From: Takakia lepidozioides
Taxonomy: Eukaryota; Plantae; Bryophyta
Length of the DNA stretch: 64,000 bases
Direction of reading: 5' to 3'
Assembly (NCBI GenBank): GCA_030704615.1
Contig: CM060733.1
Span: 68,510,001-68,574,000 of the forward strand
The notes under the pieces: model-generated
What the model was told of the DNA's origin: nothing
The model's input: the letters and a program-made list of their open reading frames with translations, nothing else
Databases searched by the model: none
Program-made: the position numbers and the translations under genes
Shown here: positions 26,286 through 39,090 of the stretch, one piece after another
How the letters are laid out: every line of letters starts with the position of its first letter
How positions within the stretch are numbered: position 1 is the stretch's first letter

Positions 26286-27896
26286 GCTCCTTGGCTCCTT
26301 GATGCTCTCTAAGACAAGACTAAGCACTCCACAGCCTTTGCCAAGCTCCTGAAACCCTAAGGCTTACATTTCTAGCCACAAGACACTCCTCTTGTGGTGC
26401 AAGAGCTCTTCTTCCAAGCTCTGAAACCCTAGGTGCACATTCCATGGTCTTGCCGCACCTCTTAGCTCATGTTCCAGCCCTGCTCTTGCCATGACAAGAG
26501 CCCTCTCAATGCTGAAGCTTGAGATTGAAACCCAATCTCAACATACTCCACAAAAGTGCACTGATTTGCCCCAAGCCAAATCAGCCCTTTCGCTTGTTCT
26601 TGCAATCCTTCACACAATGAAAGCTCGCATTCTCAAGTCCAGTTCTCAGCTTTGCCACCAAAGCCACTCTAACCTGCTCTTGACTGGTCCTCTTCCCAAT
26701 CGTGCTTGCTCATGCATGTACACAATCTGAAACCATCAAGGTGCTCTGGAATTACCTGCAGCATGGTGCTTTCATCTCTGAAGCTGAAGATCGAATGTCA
26801 AGGTCTACCACCTCGTAACCCACATCGCCTCCGCTTCTAACAACCAAGAGCTCCACGGTGCTCCTTGCATAACAACCTGGTTTATCTCATTCTCAAGCAA
26901 AAACCACAAGTGCTACAACTAACTCGTATCTGGCACTCATAGATACGAACTAATCTTTCTCGAGTGATAAAGAAGAAGAATACAAGCACAAGCTCATGCG
27001 AGCTCACAAAGCTGAAGCATAAACTCATGCATATATAACCTCATCACTCAAATACAAGTCAAGCCAAGTGCACCCCACGTCATGGGGAATCCACACTACG
27101 GCGCCATAGCTAGGCGCGGTGAGGCTCAACTCGAGAAAGATAAGCCTCCCCGCGCTTGTCGTGAAGATAACCACTCCAGGGCCTAAATCTGCCTTGACCC
27201 CTGGATTGACACTTGGGTCAATCCCAAATGTCAATATGTAAAAGCTAGCTATTTCCTAGCTAGTTTCACACTAGTGGTAAAATAACTTGACAGCAGAATT
27301 TGACATTCATTTTCGATACTTGGCTTATCTTGTTAGCGTCGCCTATACTATCAAGGCTCCCATCCCCTAATTGACACGAGGAGATGGTGTGGTAATGTCA
27401 TTTGTATCGTTCTCTCAAATGATACATCCGATTGTTGCTATCATTGTTCCTTCTGCACAGCCATTTTCAATCGTTGAGAATATTCCGTAAAGGTATTATT
27501 ATCAAAACTACAAGCAAGATTTTAAAGAATTCAAAGCAGCTAGTCTAACTCCCGGCAGATGCACCAAAAATATGTCAACCATTAATGCACCCCATTAACA
27601 GTTACATACTTAATTTAGGGTTCGTGTTAGACAGAGCCAGGTTAGGTCCCGAAGGCGCCGCCTAGCTCCAAAGGGTGCTGCTAGTGTGGATTTATAAATT
27701 TTCTATGTAATAAGTGTTTGCGTTTGTAATTTGTAACCAACGGTTAGTGCTAACTCATTGACGTATTTAAGAAAACAATAGTCTAGAAATAAGTAAGGAA
27801 AATGTATAATTACTTCGGGATATATATATATAGAGATAGCCTAGTGTAAATATTAGTTATTAAGCAAACAACAAAATTTAATTTCAACCAACCAGC

Positions 27897-27897
<1 letters not shown>

Positions 27898-27929
<32 letters not shown>
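27898..27929. repeat. (TTA)n microsatellite
   Basis: About 10 TTA units. Confidence 0.9.
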
Positions 27930-28280
27930 TTAAGGATTTTATGTATATATTTACGTTTAAAAGATAGGGATATTGATTTGCTTAGTTTTAACTAGTCCCC
28001 ATTAGTTTAGGTGAGTCAAGAATATATAATCAATTAGATCATTCTAAGGAAAAAGATCAGCCCAACAAACAATATTAATATAACCAAAATAAAAGAAGAG
28101 AATCAAAACCAACTACAGGGAAGTAGTGTGACTACTGCAATTTGAAACCTCAACCTCGAATGCACCAGTGAAATCACTAACCGATAAGCCCCTCAAGTTA
28201 TATTCAAAACCAACCGTCCTATCTAAGTACTTATAGGGCTATTAGAAGGATTATAAACAAATAAGCAAAACTAAGTAAGT

Positions 28281-28347
28281 TGCGACTGGCAGGAATTGAA
28301 CCCCCAACCTCGGAAGTATAAACTACCAGACTAACCATCAAACTAAT
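28281..28347 (-). other. tRNA-derived Pol III promoter-like sequence (SINE head or non-autonomous element cargo)
   Basis: The minus strand has an A-box-like TAGTTTGATGG and a B-box GGTTCAATTCC. Acceptor and anticodon stems do not pair well. Confidence 0.4.
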
Positions 28348-28709
28348 CTAGAGATGTTGTTACAAAAGGGTTTCTCTTAGTTACTAGGGCTTCGCGTTGC
28401 TCCGCACTACTAGCGACAAATTCTGAGAACTACGTTCAATTTTTCACAAAAAGGGGTGGGTTATCCCCATGGTGTTACATACATACATCCCATATTTCAT
28501 TGTTTTCCGGAAGAAGAACGGCGGAGTGTTGCCGAAGCTACCATATTATTTTTATTTTTCAAAGGAAAGAGGGCCGAAATCCTGCTGGTCCTTCCTCTTC
28601 GGCATCCCCATAGTTTGGGAAGCATAAAAAGGGGTGGGTCATCCCCAGAGTGTTACATACATACATCATGTGTTTCTTTGTTTTTTTTTTAAATGGTGGA
28701 TTGTTGCTG

Positions 28710-29940
28710 AGGCTACCACATCTTGTTTAGCCATTCTGTCAAACGCTGAGAATGCATCCTTCATACTCCCACATTTGGCATACATGTCAACTAGAGTAGT
28801 CTCCGGAATGATATCTGGGGCAATCCCTGCAGCAAATTAGCATTGGAAACCAATTAGACTCAAGTCTGGACACCTTGCATACACTTGGGAGGCACTAACA
28901 TTTCTCACATGACTGCAGGAGAGAAAAAAATAGATTGAACAACTCCAAAACCCTAAAGTAGGTCAACTACGTCAACCCCTCACCGACAAAAGGCTGAAAA
29001 GCCAGTTGACAGGCGATTCTCCAAGGCATTGTTCAATGCAGGGGCCCACATCTGCCCTCAACAGTTAGTGCGAGTTGTGGGCAAACCTATGGACCACCGT
29101 CACTTACCCTAATTTTGTCTGCAAGATTCTATGTGGCTAGCACCATTGTGGAATCATGCAGGTGACTTAGGCATAAGCTCAGTCCACAATGCTGCTAGAG
29201 AGAGCCCCGACATGATCATATGACAAGAATCAACTTGCTTATCCTACAAGTAGTTGACTGCTTGACACTGCAGCCTCAAACCCCCCAACATTGTCATGGA
29301 GCAGCGTCTAATTGGCATCTACTGGTCAAAGAGAATGACACAGGCCTTGAGAACACAAATGAACGTAACCTTGTTGGGTGTCACCCCTTCCTGTATCATT
29401 TGCTCATAGATATCTAAAGCCTCTACACCAAACCCATGCTGAGTATATCCTGCGATCGACATTGCGCTGGGATTGCGCTCCATGATACCACATCTTGCTC
29501 AGCCATGTTGTCAAATACATCCCGTGCATCTCTTAAGCTGCCGCATTTGGCATACCTGTTAAAAAGTGCATTTTCTAAAGAGATATATGAGGCAACTTCA
29601 TCTTTGATGATGTCAGCATGGACCTCCTCCAGGGCTGTTATGCTGGCACATGCATTGAGAATGGAAATGAGCGCGACCTTGTTGGGTGTTATGCCTTCCC
29701 ATATCATCTGCTCATACATCTCAAAAGCCTCCATCATTGCACTCCATGAGACCACGTTTCGTTGAGACGTTGTCAAAAACTTGTTTGGCATCGTTCAAGC
29801 TCCCATACTTGGCATACATATCGACAAAGGCAGTGTCCAGAATGATATCAGCTCATGGACCTCTGTACTTTTTTCCAGGGCTCCTAGGCTGGCACAAGCA
29901 TTGAGAACAGAAATGAATGTAATAATGTTGGGTGTCACAC
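28710..29940 (-). pseudogene. PLS-class PPR pseudogene fragments
   Basis: [43 protein letters not shown] and ISILNACAS motifs, with frameshifts. Confidence 0.85.
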
Positions 29941-30667
29941 CTCACGAGAAGCACTTTGCTCAGCTTTGCAAGCCAAACAGGTACTTCCCGCAAAATGTCA
30001 GTATTCACTGCCCCTGGATCTGCAACACCGTTGACAAAAATGCAACATTAAGCACTCAATCTGTAGGGAAGTAGATAAAGTTGAGGAGTGGGTCTGAGGA
30101 GAAGACCGTGCACAACTGAGATGTGAGAAGAGTCGTTACTTGAGTGCAGCCGACGGTGAAGCTCATATGAGAAGAGGAGTAAACACATTGCACAACACCC
30201 CACCATCACTGGGGGCTGCTATTTCATGAGCCATGAGCCATGAGCGGCATGAGCCATGAGCAGAGCCGTAAGTGTCGAATAAAACATGAGCAGGACTATT
30301 TTCCAGAAATGAGTGTCCGCGGGAATAGGGTTGAGGGTGTCACGGTCATAGGGGGAGAAGGACCTCCCGATGAACGAGGTTTGGCAATGTTTTTTAGAAT
30401 TACCATTGAAAGGCAATGTTTCACGAATGGTGGGTGGTAGAGCTCTGTAGAATGAGGGCCCATTTCAGCCTACCAGCCACTTGCAAAATCCACCCACACT
30501 CCCAATCCCAAACGAAATGAGGAATGATGCATTCTGGGAACGATACAGAATAGAACAAAAAGAGGGCACAATGGGGTTTTTATTGATCCACATGAATTGC
30601 ATTTGAAGCACGTCTACTGTGCTGATTGTGCAAACAAATCTTTAGCCCTGTGCCTTCTGAATACAAG

Positions 30668-31381
30668 TCACGTTGTCAATGGGACTTCGACTGCTCTGAA
30701 AACTAGCTCATGAGTCATCGGGCTCCTCTAGGTAAACTAGATTGCAGCCGTTGTACCGCCCATGTTGATGTTCACCACAATGTCCTGCCCTTCAATCATA
30801 CCACCATCGAATATGGAAAGCTTCACATTTTCATCGTCCACACCAATGGGAATGTCCCCATACAATGGAGAAGAGGAGTGCACTCCTTCAGGAGTATACG
30901 TCTCTCCGATGGAGTCCACCCACGTCCACTGGCAGCAGTTCCACCGCAACAGCATAGCAGTGCGCATTCTTCTGCATGGGTGCCCATCGTAGCTGGGAAA
31001 ATCGGAATCAAGGATGCGTAGGAGCCACAGACTCCTCAGACCAAGATCGTCACCCCACTCAAAGGCGTGGTGGCCTGGGATATACTCAAAAGCGGACAAT
31101 GTTTCCAAATTCGAACCAGTATCTTCTGTGTAAACTGTGTACCAGATAACGATGTCTCCCGATGTGGCCGAATACATTGCATAATCGAAGCCTCCATAAG
31201 GGCAGTCGTCCCGGTTCCGGAAGCACGGCATCCTTGCAAAGGAGGACCTGAGGACGTCTTTGATGCCGATGACAATGACCTTGCGGACAGCAACGAAGCC
31301 CGTAGATTTTCGAAATGATGAGAAGCCAAAGAGCAGTGCGGGCTCCAATAATGGAGCATCTGGGTCCCACGTACCCACCAA
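30668..31381 (-). pseudogene. Unknown cargo ORF-A (copy 1; premature TAG at 30737)
   Basis: 214-aa ORF, paralogous to 31788-32366. Copy 2 reads CAG at the same site and extends 23 aa further. Confidence 0.6.
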
Positions 31382-31787
31382 TCATCGTGTAACGTGTTCA
31401 TCACGCCAGCGGTGGATGAACCGATACCTCTTTCTCATTCACGGGGTATAGTTTGAAATCTGCCACCGAAGTCCATCCCCCGGATGTAAATTCGGCGCCG
31501 CATTTACATCGAAGGGGGGATGGACTTCGACGTCTCGGGTGGCTATAGGCCCACTTGGCACTTACTGCCCATAGTTTGCATGGCAGGGAAGGAAACTGAA
31601 ATGGCTACATTCATGGAGCAGCCAATCTTCATCCATGCAGGTTCCTGTAGGGGGGAAATTTAAATGTGCCCTGGAGTATTTGTGAGGAATTGCAACGTTT
31701 GCTTGAACTTCTTTCAGCCACCGCGCTGCTGCCTCCTCCATCCGGGAGCTGCTGTCATTGAGCGTACTCCGCTAATCTTTTTCAAGG

Positions 31788-32366
31788 ATGTCGTGCCGCC
31801 GAAATCCTACTGACTGCCCTTATCATGGCCACGATTATGCTATGTTCAAACCAGAATCAGGAGACATTATTGCCTGGCTCTCTGTTTTCACTGACGCTTC
31901 TGGAATCAAGCGGGAGTCTTTGCGCGCAATGGAGTATTTGGAGGGCTATTACCGCTTTGAGCGAGGTGAGGGCGAGGGTCAATGCGGTCCGTGGGTCCTG
32001 AAAATTGTTGACCTCGATATACCAAGCTGGAATGGGATGCCGGAGAGATCATGCACGGCCTCGCTTTGGCGGTGGAACTGCTGCCAGTGGACCAGGGAGG
32101 ACGGCACCGGGGAAAACTATATTCGTGGAGTTCACTCCGCTCTTCCAATGTATGGAGACATTCGGCTGAGTTGCGAAGACGAATCGCACGGGCACATGAG
32201 GCCCACAATGACCTTGTCAATGTATGATGGTGGTATCATTGATGGGCATGACATTGTGGTCAGCTCCACCAAGGGCACCAGAACGACCGCATTGCAGTTT
32301 ACCTCGAGGTGCCGCATCAGTAATGAGCTTGTTTTGAGGGCTATCGAAGTTCCGTCGACTTGGTGA
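31788..32366 (+). CDS. Unknown cargo ORF-B (copy 1), paralogue of ORF-A
   Basis: 192 aa. Shares CPY.G.DYAM, SGDI..W, EY..G, RWNCCQWT..D..GE.Y, GVHS..P.YGDI, DGG.I.G.DIVV and ELV.RA..VP with ORF-A. Confidence 0.6.
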   Translation: MSCRRNPTDCPYHGHDYAMFKPESGDIIAWLSVFTDASGIKRESLRAMEYLEGYYRFERGEGEGQCGPWVLKIVDLDIPSWNGMPERSCTASLWRWNCCQWTREDGTGENYIRGVHSALPMYGDIRLSCEDESHGHMRPTMTLSMYDGGIIDGHDIVVSSTKGTRTTALQFTSRCRISNELVLRAIEVPSTW

Positions 32367-32640
32367 CGCCCATGTAGAAGGCAGAAAGGCTTAGATTTGT
32401 CTGGAGTTGCTAAATGTGAGACCCCGTGTTCGATCAATAAAACAACCCATCGTCCCTCACTTCTGTGTGTTGTGTTTCATTGTATTCAAGAACTGCAGTA
32501 ATTGGCCCATTGTTTACAATTTGTGGTCTCATTTCTACAATGTGTCTGTCCATATGAATATATGAGAGTCAGCAATATCAGAGTCCTGAGGTGAAGGAAT
32601 CCATGTACGAGTAAAAGGAAACGTGTACATGCTGAAGCTC

Positions 32641-33752
32641 GGAAATGCGGCACCGCATTTCATTTTTATCCATGCAGCTCCCTTTCTTCCGTTGTGGTCG
32701 TAACGGAAATGTTGTAACGCATTTCATTTCTTGACATGGCATTACCATACTTCGAATTGGAAATGCGGCACCGCATTTCCATGTCCGTCATCGAAATTTC
32801 GTACTGGATAATGGAACGCGGCACCGCATTTCCGTCCAGCACAATGGAATGCGGTGTCGCATTTCCGTCGAAGGGTCTAGAATTGGACAAACAACGATGT
32901 CCGTTCTGAGAATGCGGCACCGCATTTCCATGTCCCCGTCATCAAAATTTCGTATTGGACAATGCAATGCGGTGCTGCATTTCCGTCCAGCTAGACGGAA
33001 TACCCACACGGGTCTAGAATTTGACAAACAACGATGTGGGCCTTGGAAATGCGGCGCCGCATTTCCATGTTTGGCAATCGAAAGTTCTTATTGGACAATG
33101 GAATGCGGTGCCGCATTTCCGTCCAAGGGTCTAGAATTGGACAAACAACGATGTCCGTTCTGGAAATGCGGCACCGCATTTCCATGTCCGTCATCAAAAT
33201 TTTGTATTGGACAATGGAATGCAGTGCCGCATTTCCGTCCAACAAGACGGAATGCCCACACGGGTCTGGAATTGGACAAACAACGATGTCTGTTTTGGAA
33301 ATGCGGCGCCGCATTTCCATGTTTGGCAATCGAAAGTTCTTATTGGACAATGTAATGTGGTGCCGCATTTCCGTCCAAGGGTCTGGAATTGGACAAACAA
33401 CGATGTCTGTTCTAGAAATGCGTCTGCAGTTGGAAAAACGTCCATCTCCAAAATGGAAATGCGGCACCTCATTTCCATGTCCGCCATTTAAATAACGTGT
33501 TCGACCTCCGCATGCGGGGTGGCATTTCCATATACCTCCATGGAAGGAGCCGGCAATCGGCAAAACTGCCGTGTCGAAAACGGAAATGCGGCACCGCATT
33601 TCCGTTCGGCCGAACAGTTTCTGATGTCCAAACCATGAAACGGAAAATTGTTCTTTCCCCGGTTTTGGAAATGCGGTGCCGCATTTCCAAACAAGGTTTT
33701 TGTAGTTGCCACATTTCCGTTCCTACATGGAAATGCGGTGCCGCATTTCCGA
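32641..33752. repeat. Palindrome array GGAAATGCGGCACCGCATTTCC (copy 1)
   Basis: About 16 copies embedded in larger tandem units containing GAATTGGACAAACAACGATGT. Confidence 0.9.
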
Positions 33753-34457
33753 TTTTGGGAGGGACGTGGTTTGGACGATGGTGTCATTGAGAAGCACATG
33801 GGAGAGGGGACATGAAGGACGGGGAGAATTTCCTTTATATACTCTGGAAGGGAATTTAAATATACAGAGAGTTCATTAAAATTCTATTAATCTTGAAAAT
33901 CATCAGTATCGTCGTCTTGTCCTTGACTGTCATGCTCCGCCTCCACCCCGTCATTGCCTTTCTCATCTCCAGTGGATTGCTCGTTGGCCAGGCTTTCAAA
34001 AATCCCATCTTCCCCTTGCGGAACCGACCATCTCACCTCCGTTGGGTCGTCGTCCTCCCTGTCTGCATCGCTCTCATCCGCTGAATCACATATGAACTTT
34101 CGCACCCGTCTACCTGTCTCAGCTGCTGCCAACTCTTTCCTTATCCTTCTGTCCTCCCTAGCCCTCTCCAAAATCTGCTCTACTTTACTGGGATTCTCAC
34201 ATCGTCTAATTGTTGTATTTGCGAGTTTAGCTGCATAACTAGGAAGGGATTAGTCCTTCACCGGGCTCGTCATGAAGTCGGCCCTCGCAAAGAACGGGAC
34301 ATTCTTTCTGGCAGGAAGTGTAGGCCCTAGATGTTTCGACCCGGATCCTGGAATCCTGCACATAACAATCACCAACGAGACCAATGAGAACCACAGTCCG
34401 GAAATGCGTTTGACAAAAAATCACCCAGAAGGCTTTGCAAACTTACAATGTTTGCAC

Positions 34458-37400
34458 TCACTCGTATTCCGGGTTCTCCTCGGCATCAATGTCCACTGTC
34501 TCTTCCTCCGACTCCAACGAATCCGACGAGTCTTTGGCTTCGATGGGAGCCTTCACATTCCGTTGCAGCCCTTCCAGATGGGATCCCGATGTGTCCTCCT
34601 CGTAGGCAAAGAGGTGCCGGTCGGAAAACCGCCCAGCCCACTTTGAGGCACCTGTTACAATGCCATCCACACATTATAACATGGCCCTTCAAATGTTGCG
34701 AATTAAAGCATAACGAGAATTTGCAGAACAACATAGAACAAGATTCTACATACCTGTCCCACAGATGAGGTCGAGCACTGTGCCCTCCACGTTAGTGCAT
34801 GTCTCCATAATTGTCTGAATGAAGGCAGGGCTCCGAGTCCGTGAATACCGCAGGGGTTCAGTTGAAGTGAGGCTATGAGGGAGAAGTTTCGTGGGAACTT
34901 TGTTGAACATGACGTCGTAATTGATGGGGTCGCAGTTCGGGTCAACCAACAATCCCTCCTTCCGGAAAGCAAAGGTGGAGTTCTCCTTCACAAAGCAGTA
35001 TGCATCGAACTGCTTCGTCTGCATACACAGTGGGGAACGATTAGAAATCGAATGCGGCACCGCATTTCAAAACACCTAAGAAAATGAAAGGACGAATGCC
35101 AATGTCGTAATTACCTTCTTCCCTTCCGACCAAAGGCCCAATGTATTGATGCACGTCCACTTCTTCTTCAGAATTGGGATGGCGCTCTTGCGGGTCCACT
35201 TCGCAATTCCTGGCTGCGTGTTTTTGCCTCTGCTCGCCAGGACAACCACACAGCCTCTGTCGTCCAACACCATGCGGGCGAGCCCGAATTCTTTCTTCCA
35301 AAAGTCCTCGGAGTACCTGTTCCAAGATGGCAAAGCTTGCAGTCCTTCCATAGGCTCTCCGTCTGGAATATCCAAGATGATCATATCGCAAGACCACTCG
35401 GTGGCATTTCTACCCCTCCTACAATCCTTGTCTGCACACACCCTCTCAAAGAACGAGACCATCTTCAGAAACCCAGGGGTGTCGGAAAGCTCTTCGGCAG
35501 CCGCCTTCTTCAGTGCTCTGCCCTTCAGACCCTCCATGGTCTTCATGTATGCCAACTTGGCTGCCCATCCATCCAAAGTCGCCAAGAAACTCTCATTTAC
35601 ACACTGGACTACTGTATCGGGATCCACTTTCGGCCTCTTCATTTCCACCGGCTCGAAAGGGTGCCCCCCCGGGGGGTTGAAGAGTGTCTTCTTTGCCGAG
35701 CCTGTTCTCGTCCCTCTCGTGACAACGGTGGGCACAGGGGATTTCGGCTGCATTTCGGGGGGATGGGCTGGTTGCAAAGTCTCCATCGGAGTCCTCTTCG
35801 TCACCCTCTTCCTGCTCTATCTGTTTCTACTTCTTCGTTTTCTTTGGTGTCACAACTGCTGCTCCTTGCTGGCGAGTCCTTTTCTTGGACCCCTTCTGTT
35901 GAGCCTGCATAGCTGCATCCACTGTCTTCCATCTCAGCTGCCTTTCTGGATTGTTCCAGAGCAGCAGCTTCCTTTGCCGACTCTGGCCCAGCAGGGACAC
36001 GTCTTTCCTTTGTCTTCTCTTCTGCTTTCGCGTGCAGATCTTTCTCAGACTCCTCAACAATTCTGCCAGACATGTCCAGGTACCACGGGCATCCAACGAG
36101 ATGCGCGGCATGCCATTGTTTCTGCATCTCGGGTGTATAGACACAGCTTGGGCCCGCCACGGTCCAAGCCATGAAGATCGGGGGCTCTTGAGCCAGGGCC
36201 CCTGTCTCAAGAAGCACGTATTTCATATACCTGCAGGGCAGTCAGCATGCGTGAGCAAAAGTTGAGACCAACGTACTTGCAGAGTGCAACCGAAAACAAA
36301 AAATATGAATGCGGTGCCGCATTTCCCAGACAAACCTCATAACCAGGCTTTGCATACAAGGGCAGCTGGGGTTCACCTGTAAACAATTCGCATTGCAGCT
36401 TTTCCCGCTCCCTCCTGATGTGTAAACTCCACGCTCTTTCTTGTTGTCTGCAGCTCCCTGGCGAAGAGGTTGTCCTTGTACGCACATCTGAAACGTGTCA
36501 CGTAGTCTTCCAATGTATGTGTTCCATTCCATTTGATGTACAAGCCGAACGAGTTTGTATGCATTACGACTTGCTCCTTTGCATTCGCCATTACTTGCAA
36601 TTCCCACATGCATTGTCACGTAGCAGTTTAGGGAATTCATTTCAGAAAAGCAAATCGGGGGAAGTACCTTGAATTACCTGCAACCACCAAGTCATGCGGT
36701 TGAGCCACACATCCACTACAGGGTCGGAAACTTCGAGTGGAAAAGACCACATTGTCCTTATACTCTCCGATGCATTCCAGATCGACAGCCACCGTGTCTG
36801 CCATTTCCGATCTAATGTCAGGAGCAGGAAGAAGAGTGGCCATTGCTAGGAAGGAACTTCAGTGCATTGAAACCTCACCTTCTCTTTCGCCTCAACACAT
36901 GCCGTTGAGAGGTGATGCAGTTTCTCCAACTGCATGGTCGGCTGCATGGCCCGAGAATAATGTTTTGCAATCTCGGGGATGAAGTCTTTTCCAAGTGCCG
37001 GATCTGCAATGGCCACCAGCTTCACAAGCTTTGACTTGTATTTCGTTCTGGACTTGACCCCGACTTCCTTCAAGTGCTCAGTCAATGACTGCAACGTTTT
37101 GACCTGCCCCTCACTTTCCATGAAGAAGCATTTGGCATGGGCCAAATCCAGCTTGATGTTTGACTGCCAACAAAAACATGCAGAAGCATTACATTCGATT
37201 CATGTGGAAAGATTACTGAAAATTGGGGAAGGATGAGCAGAGGGAAATGGGAGGACAACTTACTTCATATATCACCTCCACCATTCCATCCATAGTGAGA
37301 CGATACCATGTCCGGTCAGTTTTTGCCACGGCTTTCTGAATGAGCTCGGGCTCCAGCATTTCCGCAAACATGTGCGGATCAGTGAGACCAGTTTTCCTCA

Positions 37401-39090
37401 CCTTGTACAGCATATGTGCCATGTGGGTATGCACGTACGCATTTTCAGTGACCCTGCAAGGCACACTCTCCAGTTCAGTCCACGGAAGCACGGAAACAAA
37501 ACAAACTGGAAACCGAAATGCGGCACCGCATTTCGAACGTGCTTGGGAGGGTATGAGTATCTTACGAGTTGAGGTCCGCCATGGCATTCTTGAGCAGGGA
37601 TGAGTCTGCCGCCTTCACCTTGAGGATGACACATTCCACCATGTAATGCCAGCCAATATGCTCGGCATGGTTCTGCTTGATGTACTCCCACCAGGCAAGA
37701 AGTCGGTGATTCCCGTCCCACACAAAGAACATTTTACCCGGCATATGGCCGAAGTCTGGATCACCCTTCAGCGTTGCCTGGAATTCGTCGTTGCGAGTGT
37801 GCCAGTGGGTATCCCATGTTGACAATTCATCCGCAGTGGGTCCACGAGTTTCGCCGTCCTCATTCTCAATGGAAACGTAGAATGCTGGCGAACCTAGACG
37901 GTACCCTTCTCGAAATGCGAACTTGAGCTCATCCACATCTCCGGGAAGTGCCTGCCTGACGATGGGAAGGGAGACCATGCGACAGAGTGGGATTCAAAGA
38001 GTCCGCTAGAATACCCTGCTGCCCAGAACTCTACCAATGCTACCGTGTGTCTCCTCCAACATTGTATCCGCTGCACTTTGGAATTCCTCCGGAGACATTT
38101 CTGCAGGTGGCGGTAGGGGGTTGAGCAGCTGGAGCATCCCCAACTGGAGCTGCACTCTGGGGAATCTTTGCGGGCAATTCTGCCATTGCAGAGGCCTCCT
38201 CCGGGCCTGCAGTATTCTGAAGATCTTCCTCAACGGTGGTCAGGTCTTGCTGCAAACGTTGAGCGGCAGCACCCTCCTCCGGTACCAGATCGACAAAATC
38301 AGTCGATCCCATTGCCTTTGCTGCAGCATTGACGCCCCCAACATCACCAGGCTGGAAATCAAGCAGGAACTAGGCTTCAGCTCGTGGAATCGTTTTTGCG
38401 GGAGACTGCTCCGCCCTCCCCCTGATTGCCTTGTGCTTCCTCATTCTTGCAGGTGAAGGTGTTTGCTGCAATTGAATCTGCCTTGTACCCTTCTGCTTCA
38501 TTCGCCTGGGTGGGGGGGGAAACGGCCTGGTCCGGTTCATAAACTAGTTGAAGGACGGGCTGCTTCTTCTTCATCTTTGCTGGAGAAGGGCCCGACCCCT
38601 GCTAGCGATTCTCCATGACCTTCGAACGCGAACTGCAAAGACTTGCCCTTCGAAGCCGCGTCCTTGAAACGCACAGGGCTAGGCCCGGCAGGAAGACCCG
38701 TGCTCGTGGATCGGCTGGGTGTGCGTGCTGCAGCTAGCTCCACGGACTCTTCCTGCGGCTCTTTGGATTCCTGCGATCCCTCCAGCACGTCCACCTTTCC
38801 GGTTAGGCATGCAAACATCTTCTGCATTCAAGTCTCCTAGCATACAGTCTAAGAATTTCACAAGAAAAATGAGGGGGGTTTCGGTGCTCGATCAGCTGCG
38901 CGCATCCCGATAGCACGGAGCTCTCACTGGTGGCTGGGTTGCCTGCGTGGCCTGCTGCTGCAAGATGGCAATCTCCTCCTGTAGACGCATCTGCTTCCTC
39001 TTGGCCTACGTCCGAAGTACAATTTTTGGAGCTTGCGACGATGTCTCTTCTCTGGTGCACGAACTCCCTCCCTCTCAGGTCCGAGCATAA
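34458..39090 (-). pseudogene. Intron-containing gene: ParB/Srx-like domain fused to a beta-class (N6A/N4C) DNA methyltransferase-like domain; frameshifted in this copy
   Basis: FFVWDGNHRLLAW (DGNHR at 37703-37717). SCDMIILDIPDG..KEFGLARMVLDDRGCVVV (motif IV-like, 35361-35372). RSPAFIQTIMETCTNVEGTVLDLICGT|GASKWAGRFSDRHLFAYEED (motifs X-I-II across a phase-1 GT-AG intron, 34753-34652). Phase-consistent introns also at 37565-37454, 37263-37164 and ~35114-35019. The start codon is unresolved. Possible extra acidic 3' exons extend to 33887. Confidence 0.68.

Larger units (their letters stand above)
23960..27270 (-). mobile_element. 5' part of an LTR retrotransposon: ~2.8-kb putative LTR (27270-24434) plus gag N-terminus
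   Basis: The minus strand starts TGTGAAAC at 27270 and ends TCACCACA at ~24434. It is followed by gag-like ORF 23816-24430 (ELDDFIQEFDSWCD..AWKGLFQHLEG), truncated near 23960. No canonical TGG PBS was seen. Confidence 0.55.

Noticed and set aside
23960-27270. Inverted 5' half of the 54-61 kb DNMT-Gypsy element
   Set aside because: The LTR starts differ (TGTGAAACTAGC vs TGTGTGGACTAG) and no further shared sequence was seen. At most it is a related family.
28281-28347. Functional tRNA gene
   Set aside because: Only A/B boxes are present; the cloverleaf stems are not supported.
32666-33799. Many overlapping ORFs (MRCRIS/KCGAAFP/GNAAPHF), also at 41.6-44.8 kb and 12.6-15.2 kb
   Set aside because: They are translations of the palindromic repeat in all frames, not plausible genes.
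35146-36174. 342-aa plus-strand ORF
   Set aside because: It is the antisense shadow of the MTase-gene exons and has no recognisable motifs.
34458-39090. Bacterial contamination as the source of ParB/MTase
   Set aside because: The gene has phase-consistent GT-AG introns, lies inside a TSD-bounded plant transposon, and has a local diverged paralogue.
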